In this document: positions 39,265 through 53,005 of the stretch, piece by piece
How positions within the stretch are numbered: position 1 is the first letter of the stretch
How the letters are laid out: every line of letters starts with the position of its first letter
Source: Camelus ferus
Taxonomy: Eukaryota
Length of the DNA stretch: 64,000 bases
Assembly (NCBI RefSeq): GCF_009834535.1
Contig: NC_045697.1
Location: 65,350,001-65,414,000, forward strand
Direction: 5' to 3'
Translations under genes and position numbers: made by a program
Notes under the pieces: generated by a model
What the model saw: only the letters and a program-made list of their open reading frames with translations
The model's database searches: none
What the model was told of the DNA's origin: nothing

Positions 39265-39862
39265 TATACGCATCTAAAATAGTCCTCACATATGAATTCA
39301 ATCTCTATGTTACTTTCTGTCTTAGAGAATTCGATTCAATTATGAAGCTGATAGACTGTTAAATAGTGAACTTACTATTGAATAAATTTCCCCAGGAAAA
39401 TTTCTTTATCTTTGTATAATTCCGTATTCTCTTGGTTTTAATAAATCTTGGTTTATGATTCTGTATTCTCTTGGTTCCTTGAGGTGCCTTGATTTACTTC
39501 CCCTTTTTTGAGTAGGTGTTCTGTATTTTATGGTTTAAATGGGGAGCAGGATTTTTATTATCTTGTTAACCCTGACTATGAGAAACATAGATTATATAAC
39601 AGTCAGCACTTCTAGTCATCTCTTAAAAATCTTTCAGAAAATCTAATTTTCAAAGATATGCATAGTTATTCAAATGTTATAACACTGTGATTTAAAGGCC
39701 TTTGAGTGAGGCTGAATTCCTTTAAGATGTTAGCTGGAACAAGTTGGCTCACTCTTTTTGTGGTTGCCTGGTCTGAGGAAAATAAAGTTTGAAATTCAGC
39801 AGTCAACAAATACTTGGCCGCCTTTTATGTGCTAAACACTGTTCTGGGCACAGAGGACATAG

Positions 39863-40322
39863 TATGAAGGAAAAGCCTGGCTGGTCTAACAAGATAACTC
39901 ACAAGTCTAGGAATGTGAAGGAGAGGCTGGGGGCTAACAAGATAACTCACAAATCTAAGTATCGGCATACTGATCTGAGTTCTGCTGGACTAACTTGTAA
40001 ACCTAAGTTAATTAGTGTTGGTTTGCTGTTCATGTTTTTTGCTAGCCAGCTGGGTTTTTAAAGATACATATCTGGCTTTGGAATGTTGGTTTGCTGCCTC
40101 CCACCTCCACTTTTGTGATGATAATGATGCTAAAGCTGTTTCATGCCTATTGGCCGAATACCCCAAGCTTGTACTTGACCCTATAAAACCTCATGCGCAT
40201 GTCTTGGAGGTGCTCAGAGCTTCGGAGCAGAAGCCCCTCTGAGCCCGCAGGCGTAATACATCTGAGTACTCCAACCCTCCGAGTGGTGCTTGTTTCTTGA
40301 CTGGCCTGTCGTTTCCGTAACA
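39863..40322 (+). mobile_element. Solo ERV1-class LTR (copy 1), inserted into an L2 relic
   Basis: T[A]TGAAGG...GTAACA with 4-bp TSD ATAG. U3 tandem repeat of GCTAACAAGATAACTCACAAG-type units and TATA box CTATAAAA. Highly similar to 50642-51093. Confidence 0.9.
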
Positions 40323-40890
40323 ATAGCAGTGCACAGAATACACACAAATAAACGACATTCTCTCCCCTGGGGGTGGGTGAGGTGGGGTTTACATTCTGGT
40401 GTAATTAGAGAGATTATATGTATAATGTGTGATACTTTGTCAATGATAAGTGCTTTAGGAAAAAAAGAAAGCAGGTAAGGGGAGCAATAAATGAGGAGGG
40501 TGGGAGGGGAGGTTTCAGGAGTGGGGAGTCACACTATGATTAGGGTACTAGAGAGCCTCAGAGGGAAGATACTGATACTGGAGGAAAACTAGAGTTGGTG
40601 AGGGAGCTAATCAGAGGAAAATTTCTTACAGGCCGAGGAAACAGCAAAGGCCAAGTTCAGAGGTGTGCTGGGCCAAGTGCCCTTGAGTAACCAAAGCAAG
40701 AAGATTCATATGGCTGCATCTGAAAAGAGCAGTAAGATGTAAAGCAGGAGAGATCGGAGGAAGAGAGAAGTCCTTGCAGGACTTAACGGCCTTTTAGGGG
40801 TTTTGGGTTTTGCTCTGAGTTAGGTGGTAAGCTGTTGGAGAGTTTTGAAAATAGGAATGACATAATCAGATTTACGTTTTTAATGGGCTC
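40323..40890 (-). mobile_element. L2 LINE fragment (continues from ~39795-39862, split by the LTR)
   Basis: CAACAAATACTT...TGTGCTAAACACTGTTCTGGGCAC...GACATAG|CAGTG... reads contiguously as L2 across the LTR. Confidence 0.75.
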
Positions 40891-43800
40891 AAGTCTATAA
40901 AGTATGTTGGAAAGCTGGAACTTGAAACCAGTCTCTCCAAGTTTGCCAAAGCATCATTCAGTGAAGCAGTTGTAGAAAATTGGAATTTGGGGAAATCTGG
41001 ATTTTAATCTTGCCTCATATTACTACCAGGCTATACAGTTTTGAATTCATATATTCACTGCTCTGGGTAAAATAAATAGTTAATATCTGAAGTTCCTTTT
41101 TGCTTTAAATTCCTCATTCTTCATCCTCAAAATGTTGGCCCTCAAAATATAAAGAAAGTTGGGGATTATATAATTTTTCCCCTATATGGAAAATTTATGA
41201 TTCACTTCTTTTTGTAATATTATAAAATAATAATAATTACCAACCTTCTAGAAAATTACCAAAATTCATTCTCTGAAACAAGAGTGTTAAACAGCAAATG
41301 AACAAAACTAATTTCATCTTCCCTAGGCTTACCATGCAATTCAAATATAATGATGGAACAAAATATATTCTTGTATTTCCGTTCATTGTTGAGTGGTGGC
41401 ATGGAGAAGCAAGAAGGAAAATGAGTCAAGTGTTTATCATTATTCTTCAGTATGAGATCTTGAGACTGATTCTACTACTTGGGCTAGGCCACAAAGTTTG
41501 AGCTGTTCTAGAAAGGAGAAAATTGATGTTTCCTATGATGTTTCCTTTGCTTTAAGGAATTGTGGCAGCAAAATACCAGCTTTTGCATAGGTCTCCCCTG
41601 AAGTAGCAGAGACACCTACCGGAACCAAAGCGGTAACACTTTGGAGCAGTCCTTTAGGTCTGTCTACAGCCTCTTGCCCTCTTTCCTTTCACAAAACAGT
41701 TTTTAAATCTGAGCCCACAATACACAAGATGGAAAAGGATGCTTTATGAAATGTTAATGTTCTTTTAAATTGTATTAATATAACCAAATATACCCCAGTG
41801 GTTATAGCCACTGATGTCTGATGTGGCCAAAAGAAAGAAAAAAAAAAAAAAGAAGCCCCTTTCTGATAAGTGGTACTTCGTTTCTACAAAAGGATGCTCT
41901 TTCTCTGGAGACAGACACTGTTTACATGTAATTTCAGCTCCCCAAGACTTACTCCAATTCTCTGCTGAAAATGAGTTACCAATGCCTAATATATCATAAT
42001 GGTCTAGGAATTTTAAGAAAATTACAAACCCCCTAACAGTCAATAAAAATTGCTAAGAGTGAAACCTAGGGATATATATTGTAATAAGTTCAAATTTTTC
42101 TGAACTTTGAGACTATCAGCTGGAGCCGGGGGCAGTTTAGAGGCAGTTAATTCTCACTGCCCCTGGAAATTGGCATACAGTCCCTGGGTGCTCAGTTAAT
42201 GCTTTAGGATGGTTCACTGTGTGCATTGGAAAGAATTTATATACATCTGACTCTCCTGCCTATTGCTTACTTTTTCAAAGTAAGTAAAGCTCCACAAGTA
42301 GCTAAATAAGCAGCTTCAGATTATTTAGAAAACACTGAACTGGGATTTTAGTTACCACTCACCGTCACTGTGCTTTCAGAGAACAGATAAACTCCAGTGG
42401 GTTCACAGAATTCATGAACATTTCAAAATTTAATCTCAGGTAGTACTTTATAAACTGGAAGGACCTACCTCGACCTCTATAATATTTCATGTCATAGAAG
42501 AGTATTAATGGGTGCACTGTGTAGTTCCCAGCATTAAACATTCTATAGTTGGGTTTTGCTGTTCATTACTTTTGTACTAACAGTCATTTTTTTCATCTCT
42601 AGTGTGATTTTCCTTTTCTTAAAAAGATGACAAATTTTCTACCTTTTCATACTTTCTTACTGACAGTTTCTTATCTCTTTTTATTAATGTTGAGGTCTTC
42701 AATTTGTTGCCCTAATGTACTCATGTAACAATAGCTTGATTCATTTTTATCAGAGGGAGGAAATGAAAATACAACAGTATTTTTTGCCCATTTAACTTCC
42801 TGTTTCTTTAAATGTGAATTGAAAATATTAGGAGACATAGGGTCAACCACTCAAGTTTTTCATCACAGTTTAAAAGAAGTGAATGCAATGAAGGGCTACA
42901 TTTTTCAATCACCCCACCATATTTTTTTAAATGGGGCAAGATCTTAGAGTATTATATACATATTTTCATATATATATGAAAGAGAGAGGTTTTTGCAGAA
43001 TTACAACAAATTTTATACACATAGTTGTGTGGTTATATACATTATACTGAAGACATAATGTAATTATATCTTTTATGAAGTGTGTGTATGAGTATAAGTA
43101 GTATATAAAGAACATAGTTTGTTACCCTTTAGTACAGTTTTGTGTTTTGAAGAAGGTCTTGTGCCTTAAAACTACAGGTAAATCAAACATTATAACACCT
43201 GGCCCACATAGCAGATGTTCAATAAATATTGGGTGAATGAGGGAGGAGGGGAGTGGGTGGGTGATTAAATAAATAGATATCATGCACATTATTTCTTCTA
43301 ACTTAACGGCAGAACAGCAAAAACAGTGAGTCAGCGACGTTTGAGATTTTTTTAAACCACAGAAACTTTTTCAGTTTCTTAATATGTCATCTGACATACA
43401 CTATACCAGTGATCACAGGCAGAATTGTATAATTAAAATTACTCTATAAAAATTGTGTATCGATTATGTAACACCTACTTCCCTAGGAAGCAAATTGTAA
43501 CATAAATATTGCCCAAGTAAATTTACATGGTTGAACCATGGTATTTTTATGTCATTGCATGAGCACTTTAAATGCCTTTAAAGATCTGCTGTCCTACAGA
43601 ATATTAGAATTCTTCATGACTGAGAAATCCTATCTGTCCTGATACTTTTCCTTTGAACAAACATGTCTAGATGTTGCTTATTATTTTACATTTTTATATA
43701 AGAAAGACAGTTTTACATGTGTAAACCTCTACCCTGTAAAGAGGAAAAATAAAACATGTACATTATAAAAGAAGAAGTACCAGGAACTATATGTGTAAGT

Positions 43801-46800
43801 CTCAAGTCTTAACACAAAGTCGCCTCTTTTACTGGATATATTAGAAGCAATACTAAACAGTTAACGTTGCAAAATTGCAGTGCTGCTTGAAACATGAATG
43901 ATTATATATATTCTTTCTATATTTACTATTTTTATAAAAGATTTTTATGTAAGGGAAGGAAATTAAGTATAAGCTCCTGATATGTCTATGACCAAATATG
44001 TCAGTTTTGGTCAGAAGTAAAGGTTTTAAAAACGTGTTTAAATTTAGTAAAATCATCATACTCTAAATGCTAAAATATGAATTAAATTCATCCTTTTTAA
44101 ACAAGCATTTGGAGTGCTGTAAAAGTCAAGAATTGACAGTGAGAGTATAACTCTATATACTGCTGTAGGAAGAAGATTGCATAATTGGTAATCAAAGCAA
44201 TTTGTGTTGTTCTGAAATAAAACTCTGCACACTGGATTGGATCTACAAAGACTAAACATTTTTTCTAAATCCAGGAAAAATGATTTTTAGTCTGCCTAAA
44301 TTATGTTACGTTAAGACTTTAATAGTCTTTGGATATCAATAAACTGTGTAGGTTCTTTGGAGTAAAACTGTAATTTATGCCTAAATGTATCTAAATTTCA
44401 AATAGCAATAAATGTCAGAAGAAAAACCTTTTTTTCCCCTGCATATTGTGAATATGACCTTGAATTTACATAAGACACTGCAATAAATTGTGACTGATGT
44501 GAAAAACAAACAAAACAGAACTATTATATAAGCAGAAGGCTTGAGTATACTATAAAAACAGACTCTGAGCACCATACAAGTTGAAGCTGTCTCTTATCAG
44601 TCAAGGTTATGGTAGTGTTGGCTTGACGATAATGAATGAGTTGCAGCACCAAGTATAATCTATCAGAAGAATGGATTAATAGGAAAGATTAGATTACGCT
44701 GATGAAATCTATACTAGGGCCTGTCTCCCAGAAGTACCAGGCAACTTAATTTTGTCCCATGTCCAAATTCGGTTCTGTTTTCAAATTCATCCTCCATTTT
44801 ATAGCCTAAATCTGCATTTCAGTTTTGTGACTCTGTGCTTCTCCCTTAGTTCATGCACCCTTCCTCACCTCCCTGTCTATGCTTGTGCTGTTAACTGCAC
44901 CTGGAAGTTTCCTCAGAACCCTTCCCCAGCCTCATCCTCCAACACAGACACCTAACAAAAATCTCCCTCATTCAAGACTCATCCCAAAGACCATCTCTTC
45001 CTTGTAACTCTTCTGATCCCTTCAATCAGGAGAAGCTTTCCTATTTTTCTTGTGTTCTGTTTCTGTTGTGTGTTTGTGTGTTTTAATTTACAAAGGACTT
45101 TGTGCATTGGTTGTGGAATTTATCTTAATCCAACCAGTGTTGTATACAGTGATTAGATTAGCCCCTCCCACAAGACTATGCTTTGACTTCCGAAACAAAT
45201 TATTTTCCAGATTATAATTCTTTTTCATAAAGCTCATCATTCCTCTGAAATTAATAAGGAACTAAGTTCTATAGAGTAAAAGTTTATGTAATAGAAAAAT
45301 CAGTGTTTCCCTAAGACTCAACTCTAGCGGACATTTCCTTACTCTTAGGATGAGCAAAATAACGGTAGGATTATTGTGAAGCTAGAATAAGAAAAAAAAT
45401 AAAATAAAATACCTAGCACTAGATACTTGGTAAAAATTAATTCTTTTCTCTCCATTATATATAATCTAAGTGAGAGAAGAATAAAAAGAAGTGAACTGGT
45501 ATTGTAGTTTAGATACTCAAGTAATCAACCACCTTAGAGGGAAAAAATCACCATGATGTTGAATAAGGCTTACGAAGATGTTGGAAAATATGAGTTATTT
45601 TTCCTGCGTTGTTACTGTTCTGTTTCTGAGAGAAAAGACTCTGGAACAGAAGTATAGGAAGGAGGCAGTATCAGGCTTTACCTGAATTACCTATGTACTT
45701 GGAGATGAACTGCAGGGCACCAAGGTGACAGTGACAGAAGAGCCCAGATGCCTCCTTTCAAGCAGGCAGGAAGTCCAGGGGAGGAAGTCTTCACAGTGCT
45801 GTCCTAAGACAAGGCAGGGGAAACCTTAAAAGCTGGTTTCAAACATGACTCAGTAACTTCCAGTTGCTTCATGGCTTCTAAAAGGAGAGAATATGCCTTT
45901 GGAACATGTCATGTGACTAGGAGGAGTTCAAAAAAGTTACACTGAATTAAGAAGAGATTAAAAGAGTTTAACTTAACTGAAAGACATTTGCTTCCTTTTA
46001 TTTTGCTTCAAAAGGCATTTAAAATATTTTACTAATATATAAACATGTCATAGCAGCATATTAGCCAAATGGATGTGTCAATATCTTTTTTTGAATTAAA
46101 AGAGGCAAAATTCCCATAATGAAATGAATATATTCACTATAGTCCATGATGATTGGTCTGTTATTGTAGCACCGATTTGGAAGCAAAACCCAGTTGAAAT
46201 TTCTTCGTTACACTAATGTCATCAATAGAAATCTGTCAGAATTAGAGGCATAAAATCTCAGTGTTCTGAGTAAACAGTTGACGCTATGAATGGATAAACT
46301 AGAGGACACTATTCTCCCCTCCTTTCTCAACTTTGCCCTCCCTAATAACTGAACCTACATGACATAACTAAAGTTATCTAACCCTGATAAACTGTCTGCA
46401 CATAATAAAATTTCCTTGAATTCATTTTTAAGATTTATGTTTTGTGTCAAGAAATATATTTTTATATAGATTTGGTATCTCTTTCCATCATATTTTATTG
46501 GCAATGTCCTCAAATGATGTTACACTTTTCTTCATTGAATGCCTCACATTGGAGACAGGGATACAGGCATCATGGATGTAGTCAATGGCTTAATCTTAGC
46601 ATTGTTTCCAGTACGATATTGTTAAGGTGATGCAGCATTTGGATTGATTATAAACTTCAGAAAATTTAAAAATAATAAAAATGTAGTCAAAATTGTTATT
46701 AGACTCAGGGATCTCCTGTGTACTTGAGCACCTCCAAACAGAGTACTTCTGTTCACACCAAGTGTCAGCTACTTAGGGTTCAAGACTTCAGAACTTGTGC

Positions 46801-49079
46801 TAAATGCGTGCACTGCCTGAGGGATTCCTGATGCTGTGGGTGACAGACAGGTGGTGTCCTGCCCCTTGTGCGTCGCCAGCATTGCCCTTAGATGGCCACC
46901 ATCTTGCAGAAGAAATGGAGTCTAACTGCCTCAGGTGCTCCATCTGCCCAAGGAGAATTTGTTAGCGTATAGTTATGAGATTCCTTATCTACATCCTTTT
47001 AATTCTATACATTAAAAATGAGACTGTCCTTTCATATATTTTGTTTGCATTGAACTGTTAACCACATATTGGCATTTGTGTCATAGTAAAATTTTGTGTT
47101 TATAATAAAAGTTTTGACTTATTCTTATGTGGGTTTAAAGATGTTTCTTCATGTGAGGTTCCCAAATTTATTTGTTTTTTTGAATCTCCCCAGGTAGTAG
47201 TGTTTTCTATGCTTAATTTTTATGTTTTTTCCCATATTGTGTGAATAGCAGGCTTGTTAGAATAAGAAGTAGTTTTGCTTTCTTGAAATATTAGATTGAT
47301 TTTTCTGTTCCTTAACTGAATCTTTCTCAGTGATCTAAGTTATTTCCTATAATTTTCTTTCAAGACAGATACAATATTTGTTTTATTAAGTGTGAAACAA
47401 CATAGGTTCTTTTGCCAAAAAGGCTGTAATATAACAAAAAACCTTTTAGAAAATGGACTACATCTATTTTTTAAATGATAAATTCATTGTATATTTATGT
47501 CAGTTAGAAATGATCATTTATGATCCTTCAGTGTTTCGTGCAAAACTGTGGTAAATTTTGTGCAAAAGAAGGAAGCTCCATCGCTAGATGACTATTAGAG
47601 AGCATAATGAACCTTTTGGGCTTCTATTATCATGCTGACACAATCAAATAAACTCATGGAAGAAAAATGTTAGCTGAAGCAAAGAAAATAGAACTAACTA
47701 TTCCCCCTGTACTTTTTCTAAGTGACTGGATTCAATGCAATTTCAAAAGAAAAGGAAAAAAAAACTGGCTACCTACTACAGCCATTGCTCTATAAAGCAG
47801 CTTATTGGAATGCATTGGAACATGTGGCAGAATCAGACATTGTTAGGTTTCCATGGAAAGAATTCTTTCAGGGATGCTAGTTACCTAATAATCCCCACCC
47901 TGTAATAGTCACTTTGGCCTCCTCCAGCTCAGGTATCCACACATATTGGTACACACCTATTGTAGAGATTCCTTATTTTGAGAACTTAAAAATACAAGAA
48001 TTAGATTTGTTTCTATAAGGAGAACCTATATATACGTTTAGTTTCTTTTAGATAAAAATGCACATCTAATATAATAGGGGTCATGATATCAATTTACAAG
48101 TCCTCCTTGTTAAGGAACATTCGTCATCCTTAGTCTGTGTGGTTAAGCCCTATTTTCTTCTGTGTACACTCCCCCACAAAAGTCAGTTTTAGACTGCTTC
48201 TTGATTCAGGGCCCTTACTGTTATTTGTGTACATGTATGAGTAACCTACATTGATCCTAAAACATTTAAGATGGCTTAAAACAACTAAAGATAAGTGAGA
48301 AAATTGGAATAAAGCACCGATAAGATGAGGAAAATATATGAAGCTTGGCGTGAAGTTTATCACCACTCTTTCTAGGGTCCAAGATAAGTCCAGATCAGTT
48401 TTGTGGTTTCCAGAGTATGTTAAAGTGCTCAGGGACACAGTTATTCTGGGCACTGAGAGAAAAGCATTTCTTTTTGTCATCATAAAGAACACACTATGTA
48501 AGCCGTTGACTCACTTAAAGGTTTAAAATCTAACAAAACTGCCCAATAGTTCATAAAAATGGCAGTAGCTTTGTAGTATGCTAACAATAAATTTCCTGTT
48601 AAAGTTTCTCAAGGTCGCTTACAGACTGATACTAACTTGTGGTTTCAAAGAAGCAATTCCGTGGTGTGTGATTACTTGTGACTTTGTGTTTACAAGTGTG
48701 TGTGTGATAAGGAGAGGCATTTATCTCTGTAGAGATGGGATGAGGTTGAAGGATCCTCAAGGCAAAAGGACATTACAAATCCAGCTCAGTAACACATATT
48801 TCTGTGGCATAATTAGAAAAATAGTAACAGTGGTATCTAGAGGACATGGAAAATCTTCGTCTTCACGTATATGTTCATATTTAATCTTTCCTGACAGGTG
48901 TCAACATCAACTGATTTATTTATTTATTTTATTTTTGTATTGTTGACTTTGTTCTTATATTTCTTTAACATTTTATTAACAGTCATCTATGTATACATTT
49001 GTGTGTTATTTACTCTCTCCCTCTCTCTCACACAAACATACAAATTTACACAAATGAGATCAAATAATACTTGTTTTTA

Positions 49080-49780
49080 TTGTTGAGGTTTTCTTTGTCC
49101 TTTTTCCTTCTTCCATCCCATCATCATCCTGCCTCTCATTCTTGCCTTCCACCTAGTATATTAACAGCCTAGTGTTATTAATTCCATATTTTTGTATACT
49201 CATAATCTGTATAATATGTGTATATAAATATATAACATACTATACCACATATCCGCATATACTTTCATGTATATGCAAACACATTGCCATTCATATCTAA
49301 ACATATGTATATACAGCATTTTGGTCATTATTTATTTTACCAAAAAGGGGATCTTACGAGACACACTTTTTCAGTATCTTGCTTTTCTCACTCAGAATTA
49401 TCTCATGGAAGTCTCTATGACTCTAAGTCGCCAGGCATCTCTAATTCAGTTTTTGAAGTATAATAAAGTCATGGAGGGAATTTATCACAGTCTGTACACT
49501 CATTCCTTTATCAGTGGGCAATGACTTTATTTATAGCCTTGATTACTTCAAAAATGCTGCAGTAAATATCATTTACCTTTAGTTTTGAAATAAATTGGAA
49601 TAGATTCCCCAACATGAAATTGATCAGTCAGAGATATGCATAACTTTCATTTTAGTAGATGTTGTTAATCACATGCCTAAAGGCTGTAACACTTCACATT
49701 TCCACTAAAAATGTATAGTATTACCTTTTATTCCTCCAGCAAAAATATCCAACTCCTGATAAGACACTACTTTGATTTTT
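49080..49780 (-). mobile_element. Ancient L1 (L1ME-like) 3' fragment
   Basis: Degraded L1 3' UTR motifs (CATTCCTTTATCAGTGGGCA, AATGCTGCAGTAAATATC, CACATTTCCACTAAAAATGTAT). Confidence 0.6.
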
Positions 49781-50641
49781 ATTTGAATTACATTAAATGT
49801 ATATATTAATTTTAAAATATATTAATTGATTTTACTAAAGATTTACTAAGTATGCTGAACAAGCTACTTACTCTCCGTGCATTACTGGCAATTTGATGAA
49901 TATTAGCTGGTAAAGACAATAAAATAGAAATTTAGTTAGAAACAAATATCCTAAACCACATTTGCACCTTCCCCAACTCGTTCAGTTAATTATGGAGCAG
50001 TATAGGGTGTGCCCGGCTTTATATGTATCTTTAAGTGTTGTTTCTTACTTCTAATTTTTGGTGAGATTATTTTCTATTCCTTTACTCTTTACCCTTAGCT
50101 TATTTCTGCAGATTATCTCAGGTCTATATATTTGTAAGAAGTTGGAATAATGTATATCGTAATTTGTGGTTAGTGTATACTTATTTGATAAAGAGTGTTT
50201 TCCTGTTAAGCTATAAGGTCCACTGGGGCAAGGACTGTGCCAAAAATTCTTGTCATTTTTTTCCTCTGGATCATAGTGGAGTACCTACAATAGAAAACAT
50301 TGTACAAGTAAATGAATTTATGAATGAATTAAATGTTTGACATTAGAACTCCAACAAAATTTTAAATTCCCTTTTGCACAGGTATAAAGCTGCCTTATTT
50401 TCTGTATAATAATACTAAGCCGGTGGTTTTCAAATGTTTTTGGCCATCATTTACACTAAGAAATACTCTTCAGTTAAAAAAAAAATACTGATGTAGCTGA
50501 GAACACATATATGTATTTGTTCCATAAAATATTTATCTCTACTATTTGCATTGAATTCTAAAGTTATTTATTTATTTATTCCATTTTATATGATTATATG
50601 TCAGTTTTTATGCAACTCAAGAACAATTAAACTAATTTTAT

Positions 50642-51093
50642 TGTGAAGGAAAAGCTGGGCTGGTCTGACAAGATAATTCACAGGTCTAGGAATGTGAGGG
50701 AGAGGCTGGGCTGGGCTAACAAGTCTAAGTATTGGAATACTGATCTGAGTTCTGCTGGACTGACTTGTAAATCTAAGTTAATTAGTGTTGGTTTGCTGTT
50801 TATGTTTTTTGCTAGCCAGCTGGATTTTCAAAGATACATATCTGGCTTTGGAATGTTGGTTTGCTGCCTCCCCGCCTCCACTTTTGTGATGATGATGCTG
50901 CTAAAGCTGTTCCATGCCTATTGGCCAAATACCCCAAGCTTGTACTTTACCCTATAAAACCTCATGCGCTCGTCTTGGAGGTGCTCAGAGCTTCGGAGCA
51001 GAAGCCCCTCTGAGCCCGCCAGCATAATACATCTGAGTACTCCAACCCTCCGAGTGGTGCTTGTTTCTTGACTGGCCTGTCGTTTCCATAACA
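50642..51093 (+). mobile_element. Solo ERV1-class LTR (copy 2), inserted into a hAT-Charlie relic (~50421-51135)
   Basis: TGTGAAGG...ATAACA with 4-bp TSD TTAT (50638-41, 51094-97). The host element has ends CGGTGGTTTTCAAA / TTTGAAAAACACT. Confidence 0.9.
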
Positions 51094-51169
51094 TTATTAG
51101 CTATGAAAGGGATAAAATAGTTTGAAAAACACTTCCATCTGAGAGAGGTAATATTAACAATAATATAAT

Positions 51170-51400
51170 ATTACTAACACTCATATAAGGCATACTTACT
51201 GTATATCTGGTACTGTTTTAAGCACTTTAAATGTGTCTTCTTACTTCTTATGACAGAGTACGTACGGAGCTATTACCTAGGAACAGGGGGGCACTGAGAG
51301 ATAAAGGAATTCGCCCAAGGCACAGCAAGCAGCAGAGGTGGGATTTGAGCTAGGTAATGTCTTTCTAAAGTCAAAGCACTTAACCACAGCAGTCTGTTGC
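51170..51400 (-). mobile_element. MIR SINE
   Basis: GAGAGATAAAGGAATTCGCCCAAGGCACAGCAAGCAGCAGAGGTGGGATTTGA...CTTAACCAC. Confidence 0.75.
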
Positions 51401-52009
51401 CTCTTCATTAGCAAAAGCCTGGCTTCCCATTGTCATTCTACTGGCTACAGTGGCCCGGAGGGCAGGGTGTGGAAGGTCATGAGGAGGGGAAATGGATGTG
51501 ACCCAAAGAAACCAAAGTTCTGATGCAAGTGATTCTTAGTAATTCTCATTTCTAGCTCTGTTTTCGAATACCAAGCAGCCATACTTAGGACACTGCAAGT
51601 TAAAACTTGGCCATGCGTTGGTAATCATTTCTGTTCTGCCTCTCCGTGATTCCAGGTTTGTCTGATGCACTCTTGTGCCCTGGAGTGATCAGTGATGTTG
51701 AACTGGAACAAGCAGCAGCTCCAGCCTTACAGGCCATCAGGAATCTATCACATTTGGGATCTCTGGGATCGTGATGGGTGTGATTTTTGGTAGTGTCTTC
51801 AAAGTAAGCACAGGCCCACGTGTGCATTATGCGGTAGTGTTGATAAGGGTGGACTGTGTGATCATTTTAGAGAAATTCAGCCAAGGCGAGTAGTCAGTAA
51901 AACTGATGTTTTCCTACCTTAAAGTCATTTCTGTTCATGGTAACGTTTTCAAATTGTACTCTGTTTATGCTTTTACAATTCTTTGTACTCTGAACACAGA
52001 CTAAGATGC

Positions 52010-52661
52010 TGTTGCCAGTGGATGCAACCGGTGTTCCAGGTTCTTATCTTGTCCCAGAAAGAATTCAGAGACAAGACGTAGTGGTTAAGAAAAATAAAGT
52101 GAGGATTTATTAAAGGATGGATAGTATACTCTCAAGGGGAGAGCGGGCAGGCTCAGGTGAGTGGCTGCCCTGTGTTTCTTCTTTGGCAAGTTAGTTACAT
52201 TGGGTGTAAAAATGAATGGGCGGAATATTCATTGAGGAGGGAAGGGCTTGTGGTCATATTTCCTGATTATCATCCCAACTCCACCTTCGCAAAGGGAGGA
52301 GAGATTTTTGTCCTTATTTAGTCTGGATCAGAAGTGTCATGGTTGTCAGTGCATGATGGGTACTTCTGATCTGCAAGGCTAATTTTATTGAAATGAGGGT
52401 AAAATGAGCAAAAGGTTACATTCAGACACTGGGAATTCTGGCCTTTTCTCACCTTTCTTTGTTGGTCTCCAGGCCAAAAGGTGTGGCCCCTTATCAGCCC
52501 AAAGGTTCCTGCTTTTGTTTCTCTGCCCAGGGACCCCTGCTGCTTACATGATGTGTGGTTTCTTGCTTTTGGCTTCTGCCCCTGCTTTCTGCCCAATTCC
52601 TGCCATTTGGTCTGTGTGCCCCTTTTCTCTGCTCATATCTAGCTATCTGCCTGCTCTCACA
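52010..52661 (-). mobile_element. Solo ERV LTR (~650 bp)
   Basis: TG...CA ends, TTTATT (minus-strand polyA signal) near the left end, flanks ATGC/ATAC (4-bp TSD with one mismatch), and higher GC than the background. Confidence 0.8.
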
Positions 52662-52809
52662 ATACCTCCTTTATATCTGACCATAGAAGAATTCAAGAGT
52701 ATATAAATCACTTTTTAATTTCTTTGTACATATACAGCTAAAAGCTCTAAGGTGCTGGATCATTTCATTTTTCTCATTTCCCGTTTTATCTCCTGTCAAA
52801 AAGCTCAGG

Positions 52810-53005
52810 CCAGTGGTTAAGAAAGAGTATAGTAGTCGAGGAGAAAGGATCACAGTCACAGTTTTGGGTCTGCCGTGTGATGAACGAGTTCGTTTGGGCA
52901 AGTTATTTAATATGACACTCTGTACTCTGTAAAATGAAGAAAACTAGTACTTTGTATTGGGTTTCTGAAGATTAAATTGTCCCCACATTGTCTGGCATAC
53001 TATAA
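52810..53005 (+). mobile_element. MIR SINE
   Basis: CAGTGGTTAAGA...TTGGGCAAGTTATTTAA...TCTGTAAAATG...GAAGATTAAAT. Confidence 0.65.

Noticed and set aside
46840..46910. CTCF-like (GCCCTTAGATGGCCAC) and YY1-like (GCCACCATCTTG) motifs
   Set aside because: These are partial matches only and are common in old LTR relics; there is no independent support.
39863..51093. Full-length provirus bounded by the two similar LTRs
   Set aside because: Each LTR has its own distinct TSD, and there is no primer-binding site, gag, pol or env between them, only older L2/L1/hAT relics.
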